A stretch of 51,907 nucleotides of DNA from Gemmatimonadota bacterium (GTDB lineage: Bacteria; Gemmatimonadota; Gemmatimonadetes; Gemmatimonadales; Gemmatimonadaceae). The stretch lies in contig JANOWT010000101.1 in assembly GCA_031418115.1 (NCBI GenBank), positions 1 to 51,907 on the forward strand, in the 5' to 3' direction. The position numbers and the translations under genes were made by a program. The notes beneath the pieces are model-generated. The model did not search any database. It was not told the origin of the DNA and worked only from the letters and a program-made list of their open reading frames with translations. Of this stretch, positions 35,283-45,505 are shown piece by piece; within the stretch, counting starts at the first letter, position 1; the number at the start of each line of letters is the position of its first letter.

Positions 35283-36278
35283 GTGCGCGCTGCAGCCGCC
35301 GAGTCGCCGCCGGTGACCTCACTCGCGCGCTTCGGTCTCGCGGTCGGCCACGCCTCCGACATCGCCGGCGGCACGGGCTGCACCGTCGTGCGCGGCATTA
35401 GCGCGCCGCATCGGGCCGCCGTGGCCGTGATCGGTCGCGCCACAGGCTCGCGCGAACTCGCGCTGCTCGAGCCCGGGCATCTCGTCGAACGCGTGGATGC
35501 GATCCTTCTCGCAGGGGGCTCGGCCTACGGCCTCGATGCCGCGGCCGGCGTGATGCGCTGGATGGAAGCACATGGCCGCGGCTTCCCGGTCGGTGCGGGC
35601 GTGGTGCCGATCGTGCCGGCGGCGGTGCTCTTCGATCTCGGTCCATGCGGTCGGTTCGACGCGCGTCCTACCGCGGCCATGGCGGAAGCCGCTTGCGAGA
35701 GCGCGACGGCGGATGCGATCGCTGAAGGTGCGGTGGGTGCGGGGACAGGACTCACGGTGGGGAAAGTGCTCGGGAAGGACGGCGCGATGAAAGGCGGCTT
35801 CGGTCTCGCCGTGCTGGAAGCCGCGGGTTGCGCGGCCGCGGCGTTGGTCGCGGTGAACGCATTCGGGGATGTTCGCGACGCATCCGGTCGGATCATCGCC
35901 GGCGCTCGACTGCCCATTGGGGCGTTCGCCGACACGGCTCGCGTCCTCTCCGCCGGCGGGGCTGAGCGCGCGTTCGGCGCGGCCGCACCGGTGTCCACTC
36001 CCAACACCACACTCGCGGTCGTCGCCGTCGACGCGGCCTTCTCGCGCGTCGAGCTCCAGCAGATCGCGCGCGCGGCCACCGCGGCCTATCACCGTCGCAT
36101 CTCCCCCGCAGGGTCGAGCTTCGACGGTGACATCGTCTTCGCGCTCTCACCGATGGAAGGGCCCCGCGCGCCACTGGTGCAGGCCGAGATGCTCGTGGTC
36201 GCCGCACTCGAAGAAGCGATCGAACGCGCGGTGCGGCTCGCCCGAGGGCGCGACGGCGTCCCCGGTCTCGCCGACTAG
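35283..36278 (+). CDS. Peptidase family S58/P1 (DmpA-like L-aminopeptidase/D-esterase)
   Basis: VGH, TGCTVV, LAGGSAYGL, GAVGAGTG, VNAFGDV, autoprocessing N|TT, FDGDIVFA. Start may be GTG 35313. Confidence 0.88.
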   Translation: MRAAAAESPPVTSLARFGLAVGHASDIAGGTGCTVVRGISAPHRAAVAVIGRATGSRELALLEPGHLVERVDAILLAGGSAYGLDAAAGVMRWMEAHGRGFPVGAGVVPIVPAAVLFDLGPCGRFDARPTAAMAEAACESATADAIAEGAVGAGTGLTVGKVLGKDGAMKGGFGLAVLEAAGCAAAALVAVNAFGDVRDASGRIIAGARLPIGAFADTARVLSAGGAERAFGAAAPVSTPNTTLAVVAVDAAFSRVELQQIARAATAAYHRRISPAGSSFDGDIVFALSPMEGPRAPLVQAEMLVVAALEEAIERAVRLARGRDGVPGLAD

Positions 36279-36297
36279 CGGTCGTTAGTCGCGGCCC

Positions 36298-36723
36298 CTA
36301 GGAGACCATCCCGCCTATCGCGGGAAGCGCGACCACACCGGAGCGCACGTGCAGCAGCAGCTCGGCGCAAAGGTCGCCGTCGAGTACCACGCGCATCACG
36401 TGTGTTCCCGCCTCTTGGATCGGCAGGTCGATCGCGGCGATCACCGGCACGTCGAGCTCGGTCGCACCTGGCGGCGGCGTCCCTACCTCGAGCTCGCCCG
36501 AGGAGGACCAGATCTCGTCCCCCGTAGGACCGAACCAACCGAACGCCAGCGTGTGGCGGCCGATGTCGTCAGGCAGCGCCTTGAGCCGGACGATCATCGT
36601 CGCTCTCGGGTGCACGGCCGGGACCGTGGCCACCTGAAGCGCGTCGAACACGCCGAGGATGTTGAGCTTGCCTTCCTGCGAGATGTTCGCAGCGTCGGCG
36701 AAGAGGGCGAATGAGACATGCAT
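36298..36723 (-). CDS. Conserved hypothetical beta-sandwich protein (DUF6941-like)
   Basis: FALFADAA...GKLNILGVFD N-terminal motif. Confidence 0.72.
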   Translation of the reverse strand: MHVSFALFADAANISQEGKLNILGVFDALQVATVPAVHPRATMIVRLKALPDDIGRHTLAFGWFGPTGDEIWSSSGELEVGTPPPGATELDVPVIAAIDLPIQEAGTHVMRVVLDGDLCAELLLHVRSGVVALPAIGGMVS

Positions 36724-36782
36724 CGGGGGAACATAGCCTCTCGAGCGGTCCTTCGCCTTCGACCCGCTGTTAGCTTTCGTTC

Positions 36783-37682
36783 GTGCCCACCGCCGAGCAT
36801 CCGCTGCCGCATCATCGCAAGATCTCCCACATGACCGAGCTGAGTCTCGTCCTCATGTCGGTCATCTGGGGTGTGAACTTCTCGGTCGTAAAGTACGGGA
36901 CGCAGGTGATGGAGCCGCTCGCCTACAACGCACTGCGCATGTCGCTCGGCTGCGCGGTGTTGCTCGCGCTCGCGGCCTGGCGCCCGGCGACGCGGGTGAC
37001 CAGCGCCGATCGCTGGCGCCTCATGATGCTCGGCGTGCTGGGGCACTGCGTCTATCAAATCCTCTTCATCTCGGGCATCGCGCGCACACGCGCCGGCACC
37101 GCCTCGCTCGTGGTCGCGGCGAGCCCTGCTGCGGTCGCGCTCGTGGCGCGCGCGTTCGGCCACGACAAGCTCTCGTCGCGCGCGGCAGCCGGGCTCGGCC
37201 TCTCGATCGTCGGGGTGTTCCTCGTGCTCGGCGGTTCGGTGAGCGCCGACGGTTCCGGTCACCTCGCCGGTGACCTCATGATCCTCTGTGCGGTCATCTG
37301 CTGGGCCTTCTACACCAACTGGCTCGTGGCCTTCACGCAGCGCGTCGACGCCGTGCAGGTCGCCGCCTGGACGCTCGTCGGTGGTGTGGTGCCGCTCACG
37401 CTGATCGCGATACCGCAGTTGCTGCGCGTCGACTGGATCGCGATCACGCCGCTCACCTGGGCGTCGGTCTTCTACTCGGGCGTCATGGCGATGGTCGTCG
37501 CCTATCTGCTCTGGTACCGCGGCGTGCACCTCATCGGACCCACGCGCACCTCGATGTTCGGCAACCTCCAGCCGATCGTCGCGGTCGCGGTGGCGTGGAT
37601 CGTGCTCAATGAGGTCCCGACGCTCTATCAGGGTGCCGGCGCCGCGACAGTGCTCGGTGGTCTGTACCTCTCGCGCCGATGA
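36783..37682 (+). CDS. DMT/EamA family transporter
   Basis: IWGVNF, two EamA repeats, about 10 TM, NLQPIVA. Start could be ATG 36831. Confidence 0.9.
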   Translation: MPTAEHPLPHHRKISHMTELSLVLMSVIWGVNFSVVKYGTQVMEPLAYNALRMSLGCAVLLALAAWRPATRVTSADRWRLMMLGVLGHCVYQILFISGIARTRAGTASLVVAASPAAVALVARAFGHDKLSSRAAAGLGLSIVGVFLVLGGSVSADGSGHLAGDLMILCAVICWAFYTNWLVAFTQRVDAVQVAAWTLVGGVVPLTLIAIPQLLRVDWIAITPLTWASVFYSGVMAMVVAYLLWYRGVHLIGPTRTSMFGNLQPIVAVAVAWIVLNEVPTLYQGAGAATVLGGLYLSRR

Positions 37683-38374
37683 AGCAGGTCGTCCTCTTCG
37701 ACATCGACGGGACTCTGCTCCTCAGCCACGGCTCGGGCCGCGTCGCGATGGAAGCGGCGCTCATCGCGACGTTCGGGTCGCCGGGACCGTCGACCTACCG
37801 TTACGACGGCAAGACCGACAAGCTCATCGTCCGTGAGACGATGCGCGCCGACGGGTTCAGCGACGAGGTGATCGACGAGCGCATGCCGATCGTCCTCGAG
37901 CGGTACCTCGACGGGCTGCACGTCGCCCTCGCCGACGCGACGCGCAAGGCGTACGCGCTCCCGGGCATCCATGAGATCGTCGACGAGGTCGAGCGCGCCG
38001 ACGACCTCGTGCTCGGACTCCTCACCGGAAACGTCGTGACTGGCGCGCGCGCCAAACTGCGCGCGGTCGAGCTCGAGTTCGACCGGTTCGTGGTCGGCGC
38101 ATTCGGGTCGGACCACGAGGACAGGCCGCAACTCCCGCCGATCGCGCGCGAGCGGGCCAGTGCGCTGCTCGGATACGACGTGCCGGGCGACCGACTCGTG
38201 ATCATCGGCGACACGCCCGCCGACGTCCACTGCGGCCGCGGCGTCGGCGCGCGCGCGATCGCCGTCGCCACCGGCGGCTACACAGTGTCGCAGCTCGCCG
38301 AGCATGACCCCGCTGCGACCTTTGCGGACCTTACCGACACGGCGCGCGTACTCGAGGCGATCCGTCATGCGTGA
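37679..38374 (+). CDS. HAD-superfamily hydrolase (phosphoglycolate-phosphatase-like)
   Basis: LFDIDGTL, LLTGN, IIGDTPADV. Confidence 0.9.
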   Translation: MKQVVLFDIDGTLLLSHGSGRVAMEAALIATFGSPGPSTYRYDGKTDKLIVRETMRADGFSDEVIDERMPIVLERYLDGLHVALADATRKAYALPGIHEIVDEVERADDLVLGLLTGNVVTGARAKLRAVELEFDRFVVGAFGSDHEDRPQLPPIARERASALLGYDVPGDRLVIIGDTPADVHCGRGVGARAIAVATGGYTVSQLAEHDPAATFADLTDTARVLEAIRHA

Positions 38375-38957
38375 GGTCGAGCTCAAGGGACTCGTGCCCG
38401 ACATCGCTGCGACGCGTGCCGCGCTGCGTGCCGCTGGTGCCCGACTCGTCTACAAGGGCCGGCTCGAGGACAAGCGCTACGACTCCCCCGAGCGAGCGCT
38501 CGCGCTTCGCGATCATGTGCTGCGACTCCGCGTCTACCGTGACACCGCGGTGCGCGCGATGCTCGACTGGAAGGGGCCCACGACGTATCAGGACGGTTAC
38601 AAGGTCCGTGAGGAGCACTCGGTGAGCCTCGGCGACCCCGACGATCTCGCACTGATGCTCGACCGGCTGGGCTACGTGATCACGCGCGAGATCGACCGGG
38701 AGATCGAGCAGTACACGGTGGTCGGAGCGACGGTGCGGTTGGAGCAGTACCCCCGCATGGACGTGCTCGCCGAGGTCGAGGGCGAGCCCGAGGCGATCGA
38801 GCACGCGATCCAACTGCTCGGGCTGCCGCGAACGTCATTCACCACCGAGCGCCTCCCCGACTTCGTGCGGCACTACGAGGACCGTACCGGCCAGCGTGCC
38901 GCGATCTGCGACCGCGAGCTCACGGGAGACTACCGCTACTCCGCGACCGATGCCTGA
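38367..38957 (+). CDS. CYTH-domain protein (class IV adenylate cyclase/triphosphatase family)
   Basis: N-terminal EVELK (ExExK), LRLR, KGP..KVREE, EVEG. Confidence 0.85.
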   Translation: MREVELKGLVPDIAATRAALRAAGARLVYKGRLEDKRYDSPERALALRDHVLRLRVYRDTAVRAMLDWKGPTTYQDGYKVREEHSVSLGDPDDLALMLDRLGYVITREIDREIEQYTVVGATVRLEQYPRMDVLAEVEGEPEAIEHAIQLLGLPRTSFTTERLPDFVRHYEDRTGQRAAICDRELTGDYRYSATDA

Positions 38958-39444
38958 GTTCACGCTCCCCGAGTTCACGCGCTCGCTGCGCGCGCTCGCG
39001 GTGCCGTCGGCGCCGGACTCCGATCACGACCGCGTATTCAAGCCATTGATCCAGGCGCGGACTGCGGCGCACAAGGTGCATGCTGTCGAGGCGCAGGTCG
39101 CGGCCTTCGATGCAACGCGCCTCGAGCGCGAGTGGCGAGAGGCGATCGTTGCCTTCGCGTCGGCACGCCATGCGAGATCGGCGCCCGACCGTCGCGCGCT
39201 CGAGGCCGAGCTCGACACGCTCGCCGCGCCGCTCTGGTCCGCACTGAGAGCGCTGCAGCAGAGCGCGGTCGCCACGCGCACGGTCACCGCCGCCGACCGC
39301 AAGGCAGCGTGGGAGCGCTGGGTGCTCGCCGTGCAGCAGGTGTTCAACACCGCCGACGATTGGTGGCGCGCGGCGCTCCCAGTGCTCGGTGACTCACGCG
39401 GACGCCGCGGCGCGCTCTGGCGTCGCGTGCTCAGGAGACCCTGA
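38950..39444 (+). CDS. Hypothetical alpha-helical protein
   Basis: Fills the gap between the CYTH gene and acpS, with overlapping start and stop at both ends. Confidence 0.7.
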   Translation: MPEFTLPEFTRSLRALAVPSAPDSDHDRVFKPLIQARTAAHKVHAVEAQVAAFDATRLEREWREAIVAFASARHARSAPDRRALEAELDTLAAPLWSALRALQQSAVATRTVTAADRKAAWERWVLAVQQVFNTADDWWRAALPVLGDSRGRRGALWRRVLRRP

Positions 39445-39824
39445 TGATCCTCGGCATCGGCTTCGATCTCGTCGCGATCGCGCGCGTGGAGGCCATGCTC
39501 GCGCGCAAGGAGCAACGCGCGCTCGACCGGCTCTTCACGGCGCATGAGCAGGCGTACGCCCTCGCGCGCGCGCGACCGGCGATGCACCTCTCGGCGCGTC
39601 TCGCCGCCAAGGAGGCCGTCTTCAAGGCCCTCACCGGCAGCGACGAGGCCAAGTTGATCGGCTGGAAAGAGGCCGAGGTGCGGCGCGGCGACGAAGGGCC
39701 GCCGGTGCTGCACTTCACCGGTCGCGCGGCGGCGCGCGCGGCCGAGCTCGGTGTGGTACGTGTGCACCTGACGCTCTCGCACACCGACGAGACCGCGGGC
39801 GCGGTGGTCATCCTCGAGTCGTGA
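39444..39824 (+). CDS. acpS: Holo-[acyl-carrier-protein] synthase
   Basis: GIGFDLV, AAKEAVFKAL, LTLSH. Confidence 0.95.
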   Translation: MILGIGFDLVAIARVEAMLARKEQRALDRLFTAHEQAYALARARPAMHLSARLAAKEAVFKALTGSDEAKLIGWKEAEVRRGDEGPPVLHFTGRAAARAAELGVVRVHLTLSHTDETAGAVVILES

Positions 39825-40644
39825 GGATCCCCGGTTGGCTCGCCGACGGACGCGAGCGCATCTGCATCCAGACCGCGCCGGCCACCACGAACCCCAGCGC
39901 GATCATCTGCGCCATGGTGAAGGTGCCGAAGAACCGGTCGTCCTTGGCGCGGAAGAACTCGACGATGAACCGCTCAGTGCCCTGCAGCACGCAGTACGCA
40001 CCGAAGAGCCAGCCCATCGCGTGCTTGTGATCACGCATGCGCCAGAGCACGAAGAACATGGCGAGGCCCATCGCGACCTCGTAGAGCTGCGTCGGATGCA
40101 CGGCGAGCACCATGTTCGACGGCATGTCGGCGAAGCCCTTGAGGCCGAACTGCTGGGTGAGGTTCGCGACCGTGCTCGCCGGTGCTCCCTCGGGGAACGC
40201 CACCGCGAGCGCTCCATTCCACGGAGTGCCGTAGTCGTCGCCCACCGCCCAGCAGCCACTGCGTCCCACGGAGTACGCGGCAGCGAGTCCGGGAGCGCAC
40301 GCATCGGAGATCTTCGCGAAACTGTCCTTCTTGATCAGCACGACGATCACGCTGCCGAGGATGCCGCCCATCAGGCCTCCCCAGAAGACGAACCCCGCGC
40401 GGCTGAAGATCGCGCTGATGTCGCCAACGAGCACCGCGTAGTAGATCTTCGCGCCCAAGAGTCCGCCCACCACCGCCGCCACCGTGATGTCGCCCATGAT
40501 GTCTGAGCCCCAACCGCGGCGATCGAGTTCCTCGGTCGCGACCATCTGGCCGATCACGAAGGCGAGCAGCATGGCGAGCCCGAAGCCGGTGAGCTCCAGC
40601 GGGCCGACGTCGTAGGCGAACGGATGATGAGTGGTCGGATTCAT
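39808..40644 (-). CDS. lgt: Prolipoprotein diacylglyceryl transferase
   Basis: G..FWGG, GRSGC..GDDYG, HPTQLYE, RFIVEFFR. Confidence 0.92.
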   Translation of the reverse strand: MNPTTHHPFAYDVGPLELTGFGLAMLLAFVIGQMVATEELDRRGWGSDIMGDITVAAVVGGLLGAKIYYAVLVGDISAIFSRAGFVFWGGLMGGILGSVIVVLIKKDSFAKISDACAPGLAAAYSVGRSGCWAVGDDYGTPWNGALAVAFPEGAPASTVANLTQQFGLKGFADMPSNMVLAVHPTQLYEVAMGLAMFFVLWRMRDHKHAMGWLFGAYCVLQGTERFIVEFFRAKDDRFFGTFTMAQMIALGFVVAGAVWMQMRSRPSASQPGILTTRG

Positions 40645-40713
40645 GAAGGAAACCTATCCGCCGATCGCGTCCGCGTCACGCATCCGAGTCACCCAGCCGC
40701 GTACCAAGCCGCT

Positions 40714-41760
40714 TCACGAATCCACCGCGACGAGGCCCGGGATCGGGAGGGACGAGTGGGCATTGAGGGAGGCGCCGTCGCGCTGGCCCTGTGCGAAGCG
40801 GAAGAGTCCGGCCGCGGCGATCATCGCGGCATTGTCGGTCGCGAGTCGCGGACTTGGCGCGAACACCCGGCCGCCCAACTCGTCGGCCGCACGCTGCATC
40901 GACGCGGCGAGCGTACGGTTGCAGGCGACGCCACCGCCGAGCACCATGCGCGTGCGGCCGTACGCACGCGCGGCACGCATGGTCTTGGCCACAAGCGTGT
41001 CGACGAGCGCATCCTGAAAGGCGCGCGCGATGTGCGCGCGGTCCCGTTCTAGATCGTCGCTCGCCCGGACCGCGTGGAGCACGGCGGTCTTGAGACCGCT
41101 GAACGAGACATCGAAATAGTCGTCGTCGCCGAGGCGTTGACCGCCGTTGAGCATGGGGCGCGTGAACCGGAAGCGCGCCGGGTCGCCCTCATGCGCGAGC
41201 TTCTCGATGTGCTTGCCGCCAGGGTAGGGGAGACCCATGAGCTTGGCGGTCTTGTCGAACGCCTCGCCCGCCGCATCGTCGCGCGTCTGACCGAGCAGAC
41301 GGTACCGGCCCCAGGTCTCGACGTCGAGCAGCAGCGTGTGACCTCCCGAGACGAGCAGGGCGGTGAAGGGAGGCGTGGCGTCAGGATGCTCGAGCGCGGT
41401 GGCGAAGAGATGCCCTTCCATATGGTGCACGCCGATCACCGGCTTCCCGAGCGACTCGGCCAGCGCCTTCGCGTAGCTCACTCCCACCAGCAGCGCTCCC
41501 ACGAGTCCGGGCGCGTGCGTCACCGCGATCGCGTCGATGTCGGAGAACGTGCATCCCGCCTCCGTCAGCGCGCGGCGTGTCACCGGTACGATCGCGGTGA
41601 GATGCTCGCGCGACGCGATCTCCGGCACGACCCCACCGAAGATGCGATGCACGTCCTGCGACAGGATCACGAGTGATTCCATCGCGGGCACTGTGGCGGT
41701 CCCGCTCACGACCGCAGCCGACGTCTCGTCGCAGGAGCTCTCGAGGCCGAGTATGCGCAT
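40714..41760 (-). CDS. tsaD: tRNA N6-adenosine threonylcarbamoyltransferase
   Basis: ILGLESSCDETSAAV, GGVVPEIASREH, HHMEGH, DDAAGEAFDK, TDNAAMIA. Confidence 0.97.
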   Translation of the reverse strand: MRILGLESSCDETSAAVVSGTATVPAMESLVILSQDVHRIFGGVVPEIASREHLTAIVPVTRRALTEAGCTFSDIDAIAVTHAPGLVGALLVGVSYAKALAESLGKPVIGVHHMEGHLFATALEHPDATPPFTALLVSGGHTLLLDVETWGRYRLLGQTRDDAAGEAFDKTAKLMGLPYPGGKHIEKLAHEGDPARFRFTRPMLNGGQRLGDDDYFDVSFSGLKTAVLHAVRASDDLERDRAHIARAFQDALVDTLVAKTMRAARAYGRTRMVLGGGVACNRTLAASMQRAADELGGRVFAPSPRLATDNAAMIAAAGLFRFAQGQRDGASLNAHSSLPIPGLVAVDS

Positions 41761-41804
41761 GGTGGGGCGGTCCGGCGCGTGTGCACGCGCCCGACCAACG
41801 TCTG

Positions 41805-42416
41805 TCAGGGCCGCGGTTCCGCGAGCAGCCGCTCGAGGAACGCGATGTTCGCCTCGCTCGACCAGTCGTCGGCACCGATGATGCGCCGGCGGATCAGTCC
41901 GTCGCGCCCGATGATGAACGTCTCAGGGACGCCGGTGGTCTGGTACGTCTGGCGGATCTTCCCCGGAGCGTCGTGGAGGATCTCGAACGTCAGTCCAAGC
42001 TCCTCGGCAAAGGCTTTCATCCGTGGTTCCATCCCCGGATCATCCACGCTCACGGCGACGATCTTGAGTCCTTTGGGACCAAGGCGCTTCTCGAGCCGCT
42101 CCATGGAGGGCATCTCGATGCGGCAGGGGCCGCACCAGGTGGCCCAGATATTGAGCAGCACGACCTCGCCGGCATAGTCGTCGATTCCCTTCGCAACGAC
42201 GTCGCTCGTGCCGGCTCCTGCGGCGGACCCCGCTGCAGTGCGCGAGGCCGTGTCCGCGCCACGCGTGGGCAGCGTCACCGCGCTGAAATCGGGCGCCTCT
42301 CCGCCGATCCTGATCGGAAAGAGCTCGTCGTTGAGCTGCCTGGCCACCACCCACATGCCACCAGCCAACACGGAGACGACTCCGCCGACCACGAGCCACT
42401 GATTGCGAAGGTTCAC
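41805..42416 (-). CDS. Membrane-anchored TlpA/ResA thiol-disulfide oxidoreductase
   Basis: N-terminal TM, APDF, NIWATWCGPCRIEMP, GVPETF. Confidence 0.92.
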   Translation of the reverse strand: MNLRNQWLVVGGVVSVLAGGMWVVARQLNDELFPIRIGGEAPDFSAVTLPTRGADTASRTAAGSAAGAGTSDVVAKGIDDYAGEVVLLNIWATWCGPCRIEMPSMERLEKRLGPKGLKIVAVSVDDPGMEPRMKAFAEELGLTFEILHDAPGKIRQTYQTTGVPETFIIGRDGLIRRRIIGADDWSSEANIAFLERLLAEPRP

Positions 42417-43096
42417 GCCTGTTCCGCGCAGAGCGCTCGTAGCGCGCGAATCTCCGCCTTGGGATCCTTGGCCGAGAAGACCGCATTGCCCGCCACGAAA
42501 GTGTCGGCGCCGGCGCGCCAGCAGCCGGCGAGCGTTTCGCGCGCGATGCCGCCGTCGACTTCGAGCACCGCTCGGCTCCGTGCCTCGTCGAGGATCGCAC
42601 GGGCGCGCGCGATCTTCTGCACCGACGCCGGGATGAACTTCTGCCCGCCGAAGCCCGGGTTCACGCTCATGATCAGCAGGAGATCCAGATCAGCCGCGAT
42701 ATCGCGGACGGTCTCGAGTGACGTGCCCGGATTCATCGTCGCACCGGCCATCGCGCCGAGCTCCTTGATGCGCATCAGTTGGCGATGCAGGTGCGGTGCG
42801 GTCTCCACATGGATCGTGATCGTCGCGGCACCGGCCTTCACGAACGAGTCGAAGTACTTCTCGGGCTCGACCACCATCAGGTGACAATCGAGCGGGAGCT
42901 TGGTCAACTTGCGACAGGTCTCGATCACCTTCACACCGAACGTGATGTTGGGCACGAACACGCCGTCCATCACATCGACGTGCAGCCAGTCCGCGCCGCC
43001 CTCCTCGATCATCGCGAGCTCCTCGGCGAGCTTGCCGAAGTCGACCGAGAGGAGTGACGGGGCGATTCGGATCCTTCGCGACATCCCCGGCGACAT
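42413..43096 (-). CDS. rpe: Ribulose-phosphate 3-epimerase
   Basis: IAPSLLS, HVDVMDG.FVPN, MSVNPGFGGQ, VDGG. Start is 43096 (TGATG overlap) or 43084. Confidence 0.96.
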   Translation of the reverse strand: MSPGMSRRIRIAPSLLSVDFGKLAEELAMIEEGGADWLHVDVMDGVFVPNITFGVKVIETCRKLTKLPLDCHLMVVEPEKYFDSFVKAGAATITIHVETAPHLHRQLMRIKELGAMAGATMNPGTSLETVRDIAADLDLLLIMSVNPGFGGQKFIPASVQKIARARAILDEARSRAVLEVDGGIARETLAGCWRAGADTFVAGNAVFSAKDPKAEIRALRALCAEQA

Positions 43097-44424
43097 CACT
43101 GTGCTCCCCGGCGCAGACGCGCCGCGAATGAACCATCGGTACCGTGGCGCTGCGGCAGGACGCGAAGGCGTCCGGCGTCGAGCACCGCGGCCGGCACGGC
43201 ACCCTCGGGTGGTGGCTCGAGCGTCCAATCGGGATGCTCAGCGAGGAACGCCTCCACCTGCGCGTCGTTCTCCTCGGGCTCGAGCGAACAGGTCGAGTAG
43301 ATCAAGAGGCCGCCCGGTACGACGGCATTGGCTGCGGCGCGCAGGATCGTGCGCTGTGCCGCGGCCATGACCGCCAAGTCCGAGACGCGGAGCCGCCACC
43401 GTGCATCGGGATGCCGACGAAAGGTGCCAGTGCCGGTGCAGGGCGCGTCCACAAGCACGGCATCGAATGTCCCCAACGTGGCCGCGTCACGTGCATCGCA
43501 CACGACCGCCGTCACGTGGTCGAGTTCGAGCCGGTCGATCGTCTCCTGCAAGCGCTGCAGTCGCGCCTCGCTCGAATCGGCGGACGTCACGTAACTCGCC
43601 GTGCGCGCCAGCTCGACGGTCTTCCCGCCTGGCGCGGCGCAGAGGTCGGCGACCTTCGCGCCCGCCGGGACCGCCGCGTACTGCGTGACGAGCGTCGCAG
43701 CCGGATCCTGCACGAAGCAGCGTCCCTGCTGGAAGGCGCCGAGCGACGTGAGCAGAGTGCCGGACGAGAGCTGAAGCGAATCGCTCACCAGTGGCACGTC
43801 GCTCACCTGCACGCCCGCTGCTTCGAGCATCGCCTCGAGCTGCTCGCGCACCACGCCCCACGGACGGACGATCAGCGAGCCTTCGCGATTGTTCGACTCG
43901 AGTAGCGCACGCGTCTCTTCGGCCCCCCAACGCGCGACCCATCGGGCGACGAGCCAGCGCGGATGCGAGAGCTCGATCGCGAGCGCCTCCACTGGATCGG
44001 TCGGCAGCACAGTCGCGAGATCATCCCGCTCGCGGTCGAGCCGGCGCAGCACGGCATTCATGAGCTTACTCGCCCCCATTCCATGACGATGCTTGGCAAG
44101 TTCCACCGTCTGCGCGATCGCCGCATAGGGCGGCACGCTCCCCATGTGGAACAACTGATAGGTGCCGAGTCGCAGCAGGTCCGCGAGGTCGCTGTCGAGC
44201 CGAGCGATGCCGCCCTTCACGCGCGGGGCGAGAAGGTGGTCGATGAAGCCGCGACGGCGCAGCATGCCCCAGACGAGCTCCTGGGTCCAGCGACGATCGC
44301 GCGGGTCGAGTGCTGCGGCGCGACGGTCGAATGCGGCGTCGAGCAACATCCCGCCGCGCAGGTCGGCGAGAGTGTCAGCGGCGGCGACGCGGGCGTCGGT
44401 GACCATCGAGAGCGAGGAAGGCAT
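43096..44424 (-). CDS. rsmB: 16S rRNA m5C967 methyltransferase
   Basis: NusB-like N-terminus, VQD, DLCAAPGGK, DAPCTGTG, YSTCS. Confidence 0.94.
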   Translation of the reverse strand: MPSSLSMVTDARVAAADTLADLRGGMLLDAAFDRRAAALDPRDRRWTQELVWGMLRRRGFIDHLLAPRVKGGIARLDSDLADLLRLGTYQLFHMGSVPPYAAIAQTVELAKHRHGMGASKLMNAVLRRLDRERDDLATVLPTDPVEALAIELSHPRWLVARWVARWGAEETRALLESNNREGSLIVRPWGVVREQLEAMLEAAGVQVSDVPLVSDSLQLSSGTLLTSLGAFQQGRCFVQDPAATLVTQYAAVPAGAKVADLCAAPGGKTVELARTASYVTSADSSEARLQRLQETIDRLELDHVTAVVCDARDAATLGTFDAVLVDAPCTGTGTFRRHPDARWRLRVSDLAVMAAAQRTILRAAANAVVPGGLLIYSTCSLEPEENDAQVEAFLAEHPDWTLEPPPEGAVPAAVLDAGRLRVLPQRHGTDGSFAARLRRGAQ

Positions 44425-44439
44425 ACCCGTGCAATCTAG

Positions 44440-45396
44440 TCACCTTGAGCCCTGCGGTCCCCCTGCGAGTTCCCACCGGTCCCCCTCGGCCACGCCGCGC
44501 CCCTGTGCCCAATCGAGGGCCGCCAGCCGCCTCTTCCCGGAGGGGTGCACCGACTCCACCGCGACCGCGCCGGTCCCGCACGCGATGATCATCCCCATCT
44601 CGCCGACCGCGAGGACCTCGCCGGCATCGCCGTGCTGGTCCCTGATCGCACGGGCACCATAGAGCCGGACCTCGCCACCGCGCAGCATGCCCCAGGCTCC
44701 GGGTTTGGGGTCGTAGGCGTGGATCGCGCGCACGACCTCGACCGCGGAACGGGTGAAGTCGAGCCGCGCCTTCTCCCGATCGATCTTCGGCGCGAAGGTC
44801 ACGAGCGCCGCGTCCTGCGGCATTTCCTCGATGCCGCCGAGATCGAGCATCGTCACCGCCTCGACGATTGCTTCGGCGCCCATCTCCGAGAGTCGTTCGG
44901 TGAGCTCGCCGGCGGTCTCCTGATCGTCGATCCCGGTGCGCAATGAGAGCAGCACCGGCCCTGCGTCCATCCCGAGCACCATCCGCATGATGCATACGCC
45001 GGTCTCGGCATCGCCGGCGAGCATCGCCGCCTGGATCGGCGCCGCTCCGCGCCAGCGCGGCAGGAGCGAGGCATGGATGTTGAGCGTGCCGAGTCGCGGC
45101 AGGTCGATCACGTCCTGCTTGAGGATGTGTCCGTACGCGACGACCACCGAGACGTCGGGCTCGAGTGCACGCAGCTGTGCGAGGAACTCCTCGCCACGCG
45201 GCCGCTCGGGCTGGAACACCGGGATCCCTTCCTCGAGCGCGACCTGCTTCACGGGCGACGGCACGAGCGTCGAGCGCGACCGTCCCTGCGGCCGATCGGG
45301 CTGCGTCACCACACCGACGACGTCATGCCCCTCACCGATGAGCGCGCGGAGGGGCGGCGTCGCGAAGTCGGGTGTCCCGAAGAAGAGGATCCGCAC
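44440..45396 (-). CDS. fmt: Methionyl-tRNA formyltransferase
   Basis: FFGTPDFA, VTQPDRP, NIHASLLPRWRGAAPIQ. Confidence 0.97.
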   Translation of the reverse strand: MRILFFGTPDFATPPLRALIGEGHDVVGVVTQPDRPQGRSRSTLVPSPVKQVALEEGIPVFQPERPRGEEFLAQLRALEPDVSVVVAYGHILKQDVIDLPRLGTLNIHASLLPRWRGAAPIQAAMLAGDAETGVCIMRMVLGMDAGPVLLSLRTGIDDQETAGELTERLSEMGAEAIVEAVTMLDLGGIEEMPQDAALVTFAPKIDREKARLDFTRSAVEVVRAIHAYDPKPGAWGMLRGGEVRLYGARAIRDQHGDAGEVLAVGEMGMIIACGTGAVAVESVHPSGKRRLAALDWAQGRGVAEGDRWELAGGPQGSR

Positions 45397-45401
45397 AGGG
45401 G

Positions 45402-45505
45402 AGGGATGAGGGCCGAAGGATGCAAGTTGAAAGATGAGCGAAAGGTCAGGATGCGAAAGGGCGGCCCGACCGGGCCGCCCTCCTCACATCTCCCATCTCA
45501 CATCT
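45402..45505. repeat. Inverted heptamer repeat tracts flanking a hairpin (def-fmt intergenic)
   Basis: agggatg agggccg aaggatg caagttg aaagatg (45402-45436) and ctcacat ctcccat ctcacat (45483-45503). Confidence 0.7.
45458..45481 (-). terminator. Hairpin/putative terminator between def and fmt
   Basis: agggcggccc-gacc-gggccgccct, perfect 10-bp stem with only a short T run on the minus strand. Confidence 0.6.
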
